Assembly: GCA_964016885.1 (NCBI GenBank)
Contig: OZ024743.1
Coordinates: forward strand, 258,230,001-258,294,000
Reading direction: 5' to 3'
Source: Eledone cirrhosa
Lineage: Eukaryota
DNA: 64,000 bases
Shown: piece after piece, positions 51,663-62,862 of the stretch
Layout of the letters: every line of letters starts with the position of its first letter
Position numbering within the stretch: the stretch's first letter is position 1
The notes under the pieces: model-generated
Told to the model about the DNA's origin: nothing
Databases searched by the model: none
The model's input: only the letters and a program-made list of their open reading frames with translations
Made by a program: the position numbers and the translations under genes

Positions 51663-54600
51663 TCATCATCATCATCATCATCATCACCGTTTTACGTCCG
51701 TTCTTCCACGCTAGCATGGGTTAGACGGGTTGTCCTGTTGTGGGCAGTGTCTGGTCGGCTGACCATGCCTTGCTCATACAGGAACTGATCTGGCTTGATT
51801 TCTACAGCTGCATGCCCTTCCTAACACCAACCTCATTTACAGTGAGTGCTGGGTGCTTTTTCGTGGCGCCTACACGTCCACTTTACAGTGTGGGCTGGGT
51901 GCTTTTTTGCCGTGGCACCTCCACGACCACCTTGCGGTGGGGGGGGGGGGGGCATATTGTTTATATGCTTCAGCATGTACCCATGGGAGGTCGGGTACCC
52001 TGTATTACTGCGTGACGCCAGAAGTCACGGTCGTGTGTCATTGACTTTGAGAGGTGTAGTTGGGTAAGGTCGGCTTTTATCACCTCATCCCAAGTCATCT
52101 TGGGTCTCCCCACTCCGCGGTTTCCATCAACTTCTAGTGCTCTGCACCTTTTTATGCAGCTGTCATCCTTCATACGCATCACATGTCCATACCAGCGTAA
52201 CCGCCTCTCCTGCACGCAGCATTTGATTCCTCTTATGCTCAGTCTCTCTCTCAATTCATTTATGCTTTGTCGTTCACGTATATTACTGTTACACATCCAT
52301 CGGAGCATGCAGGCTTCGTTTCTCTCTAATCTACGTAAGTCTTCCACCTTCAGCGCCCAGGTCTCACTACCATGCAACATCGCTGTTCGGATACACGCAT
52401 CATACAGTCTGCCTTTCATTCTGAGGGAGAAGCCTTTTGCAGCTAGCAGTGGCAGTAGTTCCCTAAACTTCTTCCATCCCGTTCTTACCCTAGTTATTGT
52501 ACTTTCTGAGCACCCACCTCCGTTGCTAATTCGGTCACCTAGGTAGCAGAAGCTGTCTACTGTTTCTACAGGGCCCTCCCAGAGATTGGTGGTACTTGTT
52601 TCCTGTGGCTGTTTGCTTGCTGTTTCAGCACAGCTGCTGCATGTGAATCCTACATTCTTAATTAAGCTTCCTGAGATCCCGCTACATCTCTTGTGTACCC
52701 ATTGTTTGCATTTGGGGCAAAGAATGGAGTTCCTACCTACACCTTTCCTACATACTGAGCAAGGCCATTTCCCTGAGGGGATCTGGGTTCTGTTTTCTCG
52801 TCTACTTATAAGGACCTTAGTCTTTGTCATGTTGACTTTGAGGCCCTTTCTCTCTAGTCCCTGCTTCCAGGTTTGGAATTTATTCTCTAGTTCTACCATA
52901 GATTCAGCTATGAGTGCGAGGTCATCAGCATACAGGAGTTCCCATGGGCATCCGGTCTTAAACTCCTCCGTTATTGCCTGCAGGACTATGATGAACAGGA
53001 GAGGGCTAAGAACAGAGCCCTGGTGGACCCCAACCTGTACGCTAAATTCCTCGCTATACTCATTGCCAATCCTAACTTTGCTGACTGCTCCCCTATACAT
53101 GGCTTGTACCGCTTTCACAAGCCATTCATCTACTCCTAGTTTTCTAAGAGCCCACCAGATTACTGCACGTGGAACTCTGTCAAAGGCTTTCTCAAGGTCG
53201 ACAAATGCCAAGTAGAGTGGCTTACTTTTAGCTAGGTACTTTTCCTGTAATTGCCTCACAAGGAAGAGCGCATCAGTGGTGCCTTTCCCTGGTACAAACC
53301 CAAATTGCATCTCGTCTATATTCACCCGGTCCCTAATCAGCTGTGCTATAACTCTTTCTGTTACTTTCATGACCTGGTCCATCAACTTTATACCTCTATA
53401 GTTTCCTCTATCTAGTGCATCGCCTTTACCTTTGTAGCAGTTGACAATGATGCTACTGCACCAATCTTTTGGTATGGCCCCCTCTAGTATTACCTGGTTA
53501 ACGATACGTGTGGTTATAGTGTGACCTACAGACCCAGATGCCTTCAGCATCTCGGCAGCTATACCCGATGGACCGGTTGCCTTCCCTATCTTCATATCTC
53601 TGATTGCCTTACTTACTACGCTGCCGCTGACTTGTACTGCTGGTCCCTCTATAGGGTCTACGTGGGGTAGGGTCTCTTCTTCCCATGCATTCTCCTCATT
53701 TAGTAATCTATCATAATGACTCTTCCATGCATCTTTCTTCTCAGCACTTGTGAGGGCAAGCTCACCTTTATCATTCCGGATACACTTCTCTCCAATGACA
53801 TCACAACTATCTCTGACACACTGCCTCGCAATCTTGAATACCTCCTGTTTCTGGTCCTCACGTTGTAAAACATGCTTGAATTTTCTATCCTCTGCTTCCC
53901 TCCTAGCTAAGTATACTTGTCGCCTAGCTTCCCTCTTGGTCTCTATGTAATGTACCCTGCTCCCCCCGTTCTTCCATTCTTTCCATGCCTGTCTCTTGGC
54001 CTTGACTGCTTCATCTACCTTATTGTTCCACCACCAAGTCACTCTCCTCCTGCTTGAGGTCTTACTCCAGCCACAAACCTCATCCGTCGCCTCTAGTAAG
54101 TTATTTTTTAGGAACTCCCAGTTCTCTTCTACGTTAAATGTCTCTATCTGTTCTTCTTTACTGTCGTAGGCGTTGAGTAAAATATCTTTAAATCTGTTAC
54201 TGGTTGAGGGGACTTTCAGCTTCCAGATCTTTCTTCTCCAGGTTGGCCTCTGTTTCAGGGCTCGTCTAGTTCTGACCGTGAGGTCGCTGACAACTAAGCT
54301 ATGTTGGGATGTACATTCCTCACTAGGGAAGGCTTTTGTGTTTACGACCGTCCATCTGTCACGTCCTCTGATGAGGATAAAATCTAACTGACTAGAGTGC
54401 TCCCCTGATCTATAGGTGATCAGGTGGTTGTCGGGTTTTTTAAAGTTTGTGTTACATATCGACATGTCATTGGCGTCGCAGAATTCTAGAAGTCTGAATC
54501 CTTCCTCATTCCTTGTGCCAACTCCATGGCCTCCATGTACTCTATTGAAGCCGTCGCAGTGTTTACCTACGTGTCCGTTAAAATCTCCTGCAATGATTAG

Positions 54601-54700
54601 GAAGTCCTTGTCGTCTGTTAGAGCAGTAGTGTGTATTAGGGACTCGTAAAACCTATCCTTAAGTTCGTCTGGCAGCCCCGATTGGGGTGCGTAAGCTGAT
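51663..54700 (-). mobile_element. RTE LINE subfamily B, 3.0-kb young copy truncated within the endonuclease
   Basis: Open frame from ISAYAPQ (near 54700) through GDFNGHVG, RNEEG, DFIL and SQH, then RT, PHD and C-terminus. (ATG)n tail. 5' break at gatatatat. Confidence 0.97.
51970..54699 (-). CDS. RTE ORF: AP endonuclease (partial) - RT - embedded PHD - C-terminal domain
   Basis: 831-aa ORF in the track, extended upstream by eye in the same frame. YADD intact. Confidence 0.95.
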   Translation of the reverse strand, partial: SAYAPQSGLPDELKDRFYESLIHTTALTDDKDFLIIAGDFNGHVGKHCDGFNRVHGGHGVGTRNEEGFRLLEFCDANDMSICNTNFKKPDNHLITYRSGEHSSQLDFILIRGRDRWTVVNTKAFPSEECTSQHSLVVSDLTVRTRRALKQRPTWRRKIWKLKVPSTSNRFKDILLNAYDSKEEQIETFNVEENWEFLKNNLLEATDEVCGWSKTSSRRRVTWWWNNKVDEAVKAKRQAWKEWKNGGSRVHYIETKREARRQVYLARREAEDRKFKHVLQREDQKQEVFKIARQCVRDSCDVIGEKCIRNDKGELALTSAEKKDAWKSHYDRLLNEENAWEEETLPHVDPIEGPAVQVSGSVVSKAIRDMKIGKATGPSGIAAEMLKASGSVGHTITTRIVNQVILEGAIPKDWCSSIIVNCYKGKGDALDRGNYRGIKLMDQVMKVTERVIAQLIRDRVNIDEMQFGFVPGKGTTDALFLVRQLQEKYLAKSKPLYLAFVDLEKAFDRVPRAVIWWALRKLGVDEWLVKAVQAMYRGAVSKVRIGNEYSEEFSVQVGVHQGSVLSPLLFIIVLQAITEEFKTGCPWELLYADDLALIAESMVELENKFQTWKQGLERKGLKVNMTKTKVLISRRENRTQIPSGKWPCSVCRKGVGRNSILCPKCKQWVHKRCSGISGSLIKNVGFTCSSCAETASKQPQETSTTNLWEGPVETVDSFCYLGDRISNGGGCSESTITRVRTGWKKFRELLPLLAAKGFSLRMKGRLYDACIRTAMLHGSETWALKVEDLRRLERNEACMLRWMCNSNIRERQSINELRERLSIRGIKCCVQERRLRWYGHVMRMKDDSCIKRCRALEVDGNRGVGRPKMTWDEVIKADLTQLHLSKSMTHDRDFWRHAVIQGTRPPMGTC

Positions 54701-55032
54701 ATATATGTTGAAATGAATTACTGCTTGATGGCTTAGCTCTGACCATTTCAAAAAAGCAGTAAAAGCACTGGCGTTGGGTGATAATAACTCATTGCAATGC
54801 CTACTCTAACATTCTTACATATCATGTGCTAAGCTGAGCGATGGTCTTACTAGTCTAAACTAGTAAATCCCAAACTATATGTATAGATATATTCATATAT
54901 ATACATATATATATCCAAAATTAAAATTAAGGGTTGTCATGTCTGAGAGACATGCGCCATATCCACTGTAGAATAAGCTCAAAGATTAGATCTGAGCATT
55001 ACATATCAACTAGAAATAGATTGACATATATA

Positions 55033-55368
55033 TCATCATCATCATCATTTCATTTTACGTCCGCTTTTTCCCTGCTTGCAAGGGTGGGAAGGGATCTGAT
55101 TCTGGCTTGATTTCTACAGCTGGATGCCCTTCCTAACACCAACCTCATTTAAAGTGAGTGCTGAGTGCTTTTTTGCCGTGGCACTTCCACGACCACTTTG
55201 AAGTGGAATGATAGGGGCCCCAGTCCCTATCATCTCATTTCTACAGCTGAGTAAACTGGAGCAATGTGGAAATAAAGTGTCTTGCTCAAGGAAACAACAC
55301 ATCACCCGGTGAACTTACAACCTTTCGATTGCAAGGCCAATGCTTTAACGACTAAGCCATGTGCCTCC
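55033..55368 (-). mobile_element. SINE family A, near full length
   Basis: Head ggaggcacatggcttagtcgttaaagc, CORE-like centre and RTE tail. Flanked by (TA)n. Confidence 0.88.
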
Positions 55369-55379
55369 ATATATATATG

Positions 55380-55418
<39 letters not shown>

Positions 55419-55419
<1 letters not shown>

Positions 55420-56319
55420 CATAAATTACCAAGATTCGCATTTCGGCCCACGAAATAACGAAAAACAACCTCCAAGATGTGAGGCAAGTGCTCAATGATT
55501 CGGATGAACCAGAGCTATAACAAACGTTAAAGGCCAAACACACTGGGACGATGGTTACACAATCATTCGCATAGCCAAAAATATGATCAAGTAATTCGAG
55601 TATTGAAAATTTACCCGGACCCCTGGAAGGTTGGTAAAATCCAGTATTTGGGTTTCTGCGGCTCCTAAATCAAGTCCCGTCCGCTTACATAAATAATGTC
55701 AGGCTTCTGGTAAGATGATTGAACAAGGAAGCCACTTTCTCAACAGGTTTTAGTTCAATGTTAATACAAGGGCTGCCTATTGCTGACTCCACATGGGGAT
55801 CAGCAAGGGAGGCAGCCCCTATATCAGGCAAATAAATTCAGTTGTGTATATTTTTGCAAGAATGCAAAAACATTACAAATCGAATAGAGTTCTCAACAGA
55901 AGGGTTAAAATTAACATCAGTCAATAGAATAAACTAAAAAATGAAGAAAATTAACTGGTCAATAGCTAGAGTCTGGAGATAAATACAAACATAAATTATC
56001 GAGATTCGCATTTCGGCCCACGAAATAACGAAAAACAACCTCCGAGATGTGAGGCAAGTGCTCAATGATTCAGATGAACCAGAACTATAACAAACGTTAA
56101 AGGCCAAACACACTGAGACGATGGTTAAACAATCATTCGCATAGCCAAAAAAACGATCAAGTAATTCGGGTATTGAAAATTTATAAATACCTTAACACTT
56201 CACACAAAGTAAAACATTTCGTTTTAATCATTTTCTAACCCAGAAAAAAAAGAGAGAGAGACAAAAAAAAAGGAAAAAAAATACATTTTTCTACCTCATA
56301 ATCGTCTCTTTCTCCCTAT

Positions 56320-56325
<6 letters not shown>
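55419..56325. repeat. Unclassified element with two 195-bp direct repeats (55419-55613, 55989-56183)
   Basis: About 10 substitutions between the copies by eye, 570-bp spacing, flanked by (TA)n. Confidence 0.85.
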
Positions 56326-56405
<80 letters not shown>

Positions 56406-56406
<1 letters not shown>

Positions 56407-56777
56407 TCATCATCATCATCATCATCAACGTTTAACGTCCGTGTTCCACGCTTGCATGGGTTTGGACGGGGGTAGTCCCACTTGAGGCAAGAGTGATTGT
56501 CTTGCTCGCATAGGACTGTCTGGCAGGTTTTCTACAGTTGGATGCCCTTCCTAACACCAACCACATTTACAGTGTGGGTCTGGGAGGTTTTTACCGTGTT
56601 GCCTACACGGCCACATTACAGCGTGGACTGTGTGTTTTTTTGTCGTGACACCTACACGATCTCATTTGTTTCGGCCTCGATGGCGCGGCACCAACATAAC
56701 TTTACATAGAACGGGGTGGTGTGGATGGGGTGGGGGTGGTGGTGGTGGGACGGGGTGTATTTTGTTAGAGATGCCTA
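56406..56777 (-). mobile_element. RTE subfamily A 3'UTR insertion
   Basis: Nearly identical to 13803-14172. Both ends lie in (TA)n. Confidence 0.92.
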
Positions 56778-56796
56778 TATATATATATATATGTAT

Positions 56797-57947
56797 ATCA
56801 TCATTCATCATCATTTCATTTTACGTCCGCTTTTTCCCTGCTTGCAAGGGTAGGACGGGAACTGATTTTGGCTTGATTTCTACAGCTGGATGCCCTTCCT
56901 AACACCAACCTCATTTACAGTGAGTGCTGGGTGCTTTTTTTCCGTGGTGCCTACACGTCCACTTTACAGTGTGGGCTGGGTACTTTTTTGCCGCGGCACC
57001 TCCACGATCACTTTGCAGTGGGAGGGTGTGGGGGCATATTGTCTATATGCTTCAGCTTCGGCTTGTACCCATGGGGGGGGGGGTCTTCTGTATTACTGCG
57101 TGACGCCAGAGGTCATGGTCGTGTGTCATCGCCTTTGAGAGGTGTAATTGGGTAAGGTCGGCTTTTATCACCTCATCCCAGGTCTTCTTGGGAGCCCCCA
57201 CTCCGCGGTTTCCATTGACTTCTAGTGATCTGCACCTTTTTATGCAGCTGTTATCCTTCATACACATCACATGTCTATACCAACGCAACCGCCTCTCCTG
57301 CACACAGCATTTGATTCCTCCTATGCTCTGTCTCTCTCTTAATTCATTTACGCTTTGCCGTTCGCGTATATTACTATTACACATCCATCGGAACATGCAG
57401 GCTTCGTTTCTTTCTAATCTATGTAAGTCTTCCACAGGCATAGCCCAGGTCTTACTACCATGTAACATTGATGTTCGTATACTCGCATCATACAGTCTGC
57501 CTTTCATTTTGAGGGAAAAACCTTTTGCAGCTAGCAGTGGCATTAACTCCCTGAACTTCTTCCATCCTGTTCTTACCCTAGATAATTTACTTTCCGAACA
57601 CCCACCTCCGCTGCTAATTCGGTCACCTAGGTTACAGAAGCTGTCTACTGTTTCTACAGAGCCCTCCCAGCGTTTGGTGGTACTTGTTTCCTGGGGCTGT
57701 TTGCTGTCCCAGCACAGCTGCTACATGTGAAGCCTACATTCTTAGTTAAGCTTCCTGAGATCCCACTACATCCCTTGTATACCCATTGTTTGCATTTGAG
57801 GCAGAGAATGGAGTTCCTACCTACACCTTTCCTACATACTGAGCAAGGCGATTTCCCTGAGGGGATCTGGGTTCTGTTTTCACGTCTACTTACAAGGACC
57901 TTAGTCTTTGTCAGGATGACTTTGAGACCCTTTCTTTCTAGTCCCTG
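56797..57947 (-). mobile_element. RTE subfamily B-related copy with the SINE-A-type 3' terminus
   Basis: Coding remnant like subfamily B. The terminus ttttccctgcttgcaagggtaggacgggaactg matches SINE A. Confidence 0.9.
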
Positions 57948-57948
57948 A

Positions 57949-58192
57949 TAGTTAAAATGTGTTTATAAACAAAATTAAAAGTTCAAGACATTCAATCACT
58001 GACAATTGATTCTTCTCATAGGAATATTCCACAGACAGAAAATTATCTTTATTTAACAATTTGCTAATAGTTAGCATAAACTATAGGAGTCATCTTATGC
58101 TAACTAATAACAAATTGTTATGGGAACAAAAAATTGTCAGTGATTAAATATCTTGAACCTCCAACTTTGATTTATAAGCACATTATAACTAT
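57949..58192. mobile_element. Degenerate fold-back MITE
   Basis: About 60-bp imperfect terminal inverted arms plus an inner inverted pair (tagttagcataa/ttatgctaacta). Confidence 0.6.
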
Positions 58193-58259
58193 GTACTGGC
58201 TCTGCTTGATTCTATCATAGCATTGAGCTGAAATACATCTCGTTAATATTCCTTTTGGC

Positions 58260-58535
58260 AACACGACGAAAAGCACCCAGCCCACACTATAAAGTGGTCG
58301 TATTGGAGATTCAACAAAAAGTGCCCAGTCCATGCTCTAAAATGACTGCGTAGGCGTCACGACAAAGAGCACCCAGCACACACTGTAAATGTGGTTGGCG
58401 CTAGGAAGGGCATCCAGCCGTAGAGACCAAAATTAGCCCTGCATGAGCAAAACTCAAAGGGACAGTTCATCCCACCCATGCTAGTGTGGAAAATGGATGT
58501 TAAACGATGATGATAATGATGATGACGACGATGAT
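58260..58535 (+). mobile_element. Older RTE 3'UTR, tail-to-tail with the next copy
   Basis: UTR sub-repeats, aggaagggcatccagcc and an (ATG)n-like tail. Confidence 0.8.
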
Positions 58536-58539
58536 ATAT

Positions 58540-60320
58540 ATCATCATCACCGTTTTACGTCCGTTCTTCCACGCTAGCATAGGTTAGACGGGTTGTCCTG
58601 TTGTGGGCAGTGTCTGGTTGGCTGACCTTGCCTTGCTCATACAGGAACTGATTTTGGCTTTATGTCTACAGCTGGATGCCCTTCCCAAAACCAACCCCAC
58701 CCACAGTGAGTGCCGGGTGCTTTTTCCGTGGCGCCCACACGTCCACTTTACAGTGTGGGCTGGGTGCTTTTTTTGCCGTGGCACCTCCACGACCACCTTG
58801 CAGTGGGAAGGTGTGGGGGCATATTGTCTATATGCTTCTGCTTGTGCCCATGGAAGGTCGGGTACTCTGTATTACTGCATGACGCCAGAGGTCATGGTCG
58901 TGTGTCATCGCCTTTGAGAGGTGTAATTGGGTAAGGTCGGCTTTTATCATCTCATCCCAGGTCTTCTTGGGTCTCCCCACTCCGCGGTATCCATCGACTT
59001 CTAGTGCTCTGCACCTTTTTATGCAGCTGTCATCCTTCATACGCATCACATGTCCATACCAACGCAACCACCTCTCCTGCATACATCATTTGATTCCTCT
59101 TATGCTCAGTCTCTCTCTCAATTCATTTTACACATCCATCGGAGCATGCATGCTTCGTTTCTTTCTAATCTACGTAAGTCTTCCACCTTCAGCGCCCAGG
59201 TCTCACTACCATGTAACATTGCTGTTCAGATACACGCATCATACAGTCTGCCTTTCATTTTGAGGGAGAAGCCTTTTGCAGCTAGCAGTGGCAGTAGTTC
59301 CCTGAACTTCTTCCATCCCGTTCTTACCCTAGTTATTGTACTTTCTGAACACCCACCTCCGCTGCTAATTCGGTCACCTAGGTAGCAGAAACTGTCTACT
59401 GTTTCTACAGAGCCCTCCCAGAGATTGGTGGTACTTGTTTCCTGTGGCTGTTTGCTGCTTGCTGTCCCAGCACAGCTGCTGCATGTGAAGCCTACATTCT
59501 TAATTAAGCTTCCTGAGCTCCCGCTACATCTCTTGTGTACCCATTGTTTGCATTTGGGGCAGAGAATGGAGTTCCTACCTACACCTTTCCTACATACTGA
59601 GCATGGCGATTTCCCTGAGGGGATCTGGGTTCTGTTTTCTCGTCTACTTACAAGGACCTTAGTCTTTGTCATGTTGACTTTGAGACCCTTTCTTTCTAGT
59701 CCTTGCTTCCAAGTTTGGAATTTCTTCTCTAGTTCTACCATAGATTCAGCTATAAGTGCAAGCTCATCAGCATACAGGAGTTCCCATGGGCTTCCGGTCT
59801 TAAACTCCTCCGTTATTGCCTGCAGGACAATGATGAACAGGAGAGGGCTAAGAACAGAGCCCAGGTGGACACCAACATGTACGCTAAATTCCTCGCTATA
59901 CTCATTGCTAATCATAACTTGCTGACTGATCCCCGATTGTACAGCTTTCACAAGCCATTTATCTACTCCTAGTTTTCTAAGAGCCCACCAGATTATAGCA
60001 TGGGGAACTCTGTCAAAGGCTTTCTCGAGATCGACGAATGCCAGGTAGAGTGGCTTACTTTTAGCTAGGTACTTTTCCTGTAACTGCCTCACAAGGAAGA
60101 GGGCATCAGTGGTGCCTCTTCCTGGTACAAACCCAAATCGCATCTCATCTATTTTCACCCGGTCCCTAATCAACTGTGCTATAACTCTTTCTGTTACTTT
60201 CATGACCTGGTCCATCAGCTTTATACCTCTATAGTTTCCTCTATCTAGTGCATCACCTTTACCTTTGTAGCAGTTGACAATGATGCTACTGCACCAATCT
60301 TTTGGTATGACACCTTCTGA
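58540..60320 (-). mobile_element. RTE LINE subfamily B, 5'-truncated, inactivated (YADE, small deletions)
   Basis: ORFs 59226-60368 and 58828-59082. The 5' break lies at (TA)n. Confidence 0.95.
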
Positions 60321-60334
60321 CATATATATATATA

Positions 60335-60624
60335 TGACATATATATATAAAATAAACATATGAAACAATCACAGGGAATAATTTGTAAAGAATGTAAGCA
60401 CACATAGATAGGTAGGTAACTAATTAAAGTTTAACTAGAACTTCAAATATAGATACCTTTTAAAATGATTAATCTACTTTGTTTAATCATTTTAAAAGGT
60501 ATCTATATTTGAAATTCTAGTTAAACTTTAATTAGCTACCTACCTATCTATGTGTGCTTACATTCTTTACAAAATATTCCCTGTGATTGTTTCATATGTT
60601 TATTTTATATATATATATATGTCA
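60335..60624. repeat. Near-perfect fold-back, about 135-bp arms, about 10-nt loop
   Basis: aaataaacatatgaaacaatcacagggaat...ccttttaaaatgatta mirrored by taatcattttaaaagg...attccctgtgattgtttcatatgtttattt. Confidence 0.92.
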
Positions 60625-60832
60625 ATCTATTTCTAGTTGATATATACATATACACACACACACACACATATAATAAAAAGTCGATTTGTTATGTCTTCAT
60701 TACATTCACTGGGGTGAACCTACAGTAACTGCACGTTACATTCCCTAGATATATATAAATATATATATATGTATATATACATACAGAGTGACAATAAAAG
60801 ACAGATTTGCTGCTTGTTATGAAAATTTATTG

Positions 60833-60903
60833 CATATTACAACTGTTTCGATATCGATCAGGCAATCGGATCCCGACTCTTAATCAACACCTCTTCAGAT
60901 ATG
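60833..60903 (-). ncRNA. Hammerhead ribozyme motif with extended stem II (solo PLE end)
   Basis: catat-CTGAAGA-ggtgttgatt...gatcgatatc-GAAA-cagttg-TA-atatg, followed by AATAAA. Confidence 0.7.
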
Positions 60904-61007
60904 ATATATATATATATATATCATCATCATCATCATCATCATTTCATTTTACGTCCGCTTTTTCCCTGCTTGCAAGGGTATATATACATACATATATATA
61001 TACATAC

Positions 61008-61062
<55 letters not shown>

Positions 61063-61109
61063 AAGGAAAAGCGAAGTAGTTTCATATGTTCAAGTCCTTT
61101 AATAATAAT

Positions 61110-61183
61110 GCTGTGATATACATTTCAGTGATGACACTGGCCACACTGTTCTGTGTGCGAGTGTCGTGTCATCATCAGACAGC
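61110..61183 (-). ncRNA. Hammerhead ribozyme motif (left arm)
   Basis: gctgt-CTGATGA-long stem II-GAAA-tgtata-TC-acagc. Confidence 0.7.
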
Positions 61184-62443
61184 TTGTTACATAATAAGGT
61201 TATGTTTCCGAGGCAATCGAAATTGGATCGACAAGGGAACGGATGAATTGCGTGTTCTTGGGTTTTTCATCCGCTCCCTTGTGAGTACCAATTCACCCCC
61301 ACCGGCCTGCGCAAGCGCATGTCCGAAGGAAGTTGACCATTCTCCACCGCAGACTTCAACGAAATTTGCTTAGTCAGTTCACCCCGTCATCCAAAACAAT
61401 GGCCCACCAATGCCTGTACCCTGGAAATTCCCTCTACCATGGGGATGAAACCCCTTACACTGGACGGACATAATAGTAACTTTCGGCAGGATAAATACGC
61501 GGAAACAAATAATAGGATAAACCCCTATTTTCCTGCACCAAATCGCACTTGAACAGAGGCCCCCTCAATTCAATCTATACATGGACAGATGGACAATCAT
61601 ATGGATCATATATGAACTCGGTGTTTTTGCATTTATTCACTGTTGGTTATGTTCTTTTCTTTTGTGTACTTTATGTCTGTTTTTCTTTGATTTTGTTCCA
61701 TATGATGGAAATTAGGACTGTGTACCAGATTCACTAATGCCTGGAGCGCTGTAGTTATAATGTACAACACTGTCGTTCAATATGTGGATAGAGTAACCGT
61801 GACACTAGAATCCCTCTCAGAACATATTACTTAAACACCTCTCTCCATATTATTTACTCACTTCAGTCTATATTTTTACTCACCTCAATCCGAATTATCA
61901 CCTGAAAAGAATTTTTTTAATTCTTTTTTTAATTCTTTAATTTCTAATTGTTAATTTCTTAATTGTTTAATTTATAATTTCTGATATTTGATTTAGGATT
62001 TTAATTTTTATTTCCAACTCTCACTCTTAACTTCCAACGTAAAACCATGATACCCAGAATAAGTTTATTTTCCCTAATAAGGTGATGGTCAGTAGTACCG
62101 TCAACGCTTAGTGAGGGGTAGTATTATGACCTGTAAAAACTAACACTTTCCCATCCCCTCTGGCTCTTGGCTGACTGCCACAGCCATGATGGGTAGCAGT
62201 AAAATATGGTACAGGCATTGGTGGGCCATTGTTTTGGATGACAGGGTGAACTGACTAAGCAAATTTCGTCGAAGTCTGCGTTGGAGAATGGTCAACTTCC
62301 TTCGGACATGCGCTTGCGCAGGCCGGTGGGGGTGAATTGGTACTCACAAGGGAGCGGATGAAAAACCCAAGAACACGCAATTCATCCGTTGCCTTGTCGA
62401 TCCAATTTCGATTGCCTCGGAAACAAACCTTATTATGTAACAA

Positions 62444-62517
62444 GCTGTCTGATGATGACACGACACTCGCACACAGAACAGTGTGGCCAGTGTCGTCACT
62501 GAAATATATATCACAGC
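62444..62517 (+). ncRNA. Hammerhead ribozyme motif (right arm)
   Basis: gctgt-CTGATGA-tgacacgacact..agtgtcgtcact-GAAA-tatata-TC-acagc. Confidence 0.72.
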
Positions 62518-62533
62518 ATTATTATTAAAGGAC

Positions 62534-62708
62534 GGTGAATTGGCAGTATTGGTAGAGGGTTGGACGCCATGCTTTCTAGCATAGTTACGTCTCTTTATGA
62601 TCTGATTTCAAATCCTGCCAAGGTTAACTTTGCCTTTCATCCGGTCAATAAAATAAAGTACCAGTAATGTACTGGGTAATTGCTGGCCTTGTGCCAAAAG
62701 TAGAAACA
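62534..62708 (+). mobile_element. SINE family B inserted in the right pseudo-LTR with a target-site duplication
   Basis: attattattaaaggac is duplicated at 62518-62533 and 62709-62724. The left arm shows the empty site. Confidence 0.9.
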
Positions 62709-62831
62709 ATTATTATTAAAGGACTTGAACATATGAAACTACTTCGCTTTTCCTTATTCGATATTTACTCCGCCACTCCTATGTGGAAAAAGTACGTTGA
62801 GTGCTTGAATTGAATTGCATCAATGTTTATC

Positions 62832-62861
<30 letters not shown>

Positions 62862-62862
<1 letters not shown>

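Larger units (their letters stand above)
61059..62835. mobile_element. Penelope-like insertion with about 360-bp inverted pseudo-LTRs (61059-61420 / 62208-62759)
   Basis: The arms are near-identical reverse complements and each holds a hammerhead. The interior has a decayed LNRGPLNSIY GIY-YIG-like terminus. A unique tail runs 62760-62835. Confidence 0.8.

Noticed and set aside
52100-54649. Plus-strand ORFs overlapping the LINE (also 14237-15913 and 59425-59925)
   Set aside because: They are antisense shadows of the RT ORF with no independent motifs.
61086-61373. Duplicated small ORF (also 62255-62461) as a protein gene
   Set aside because: It arises from the inverted repeat arms, the frames differ between copies and there is no recognisable domain.
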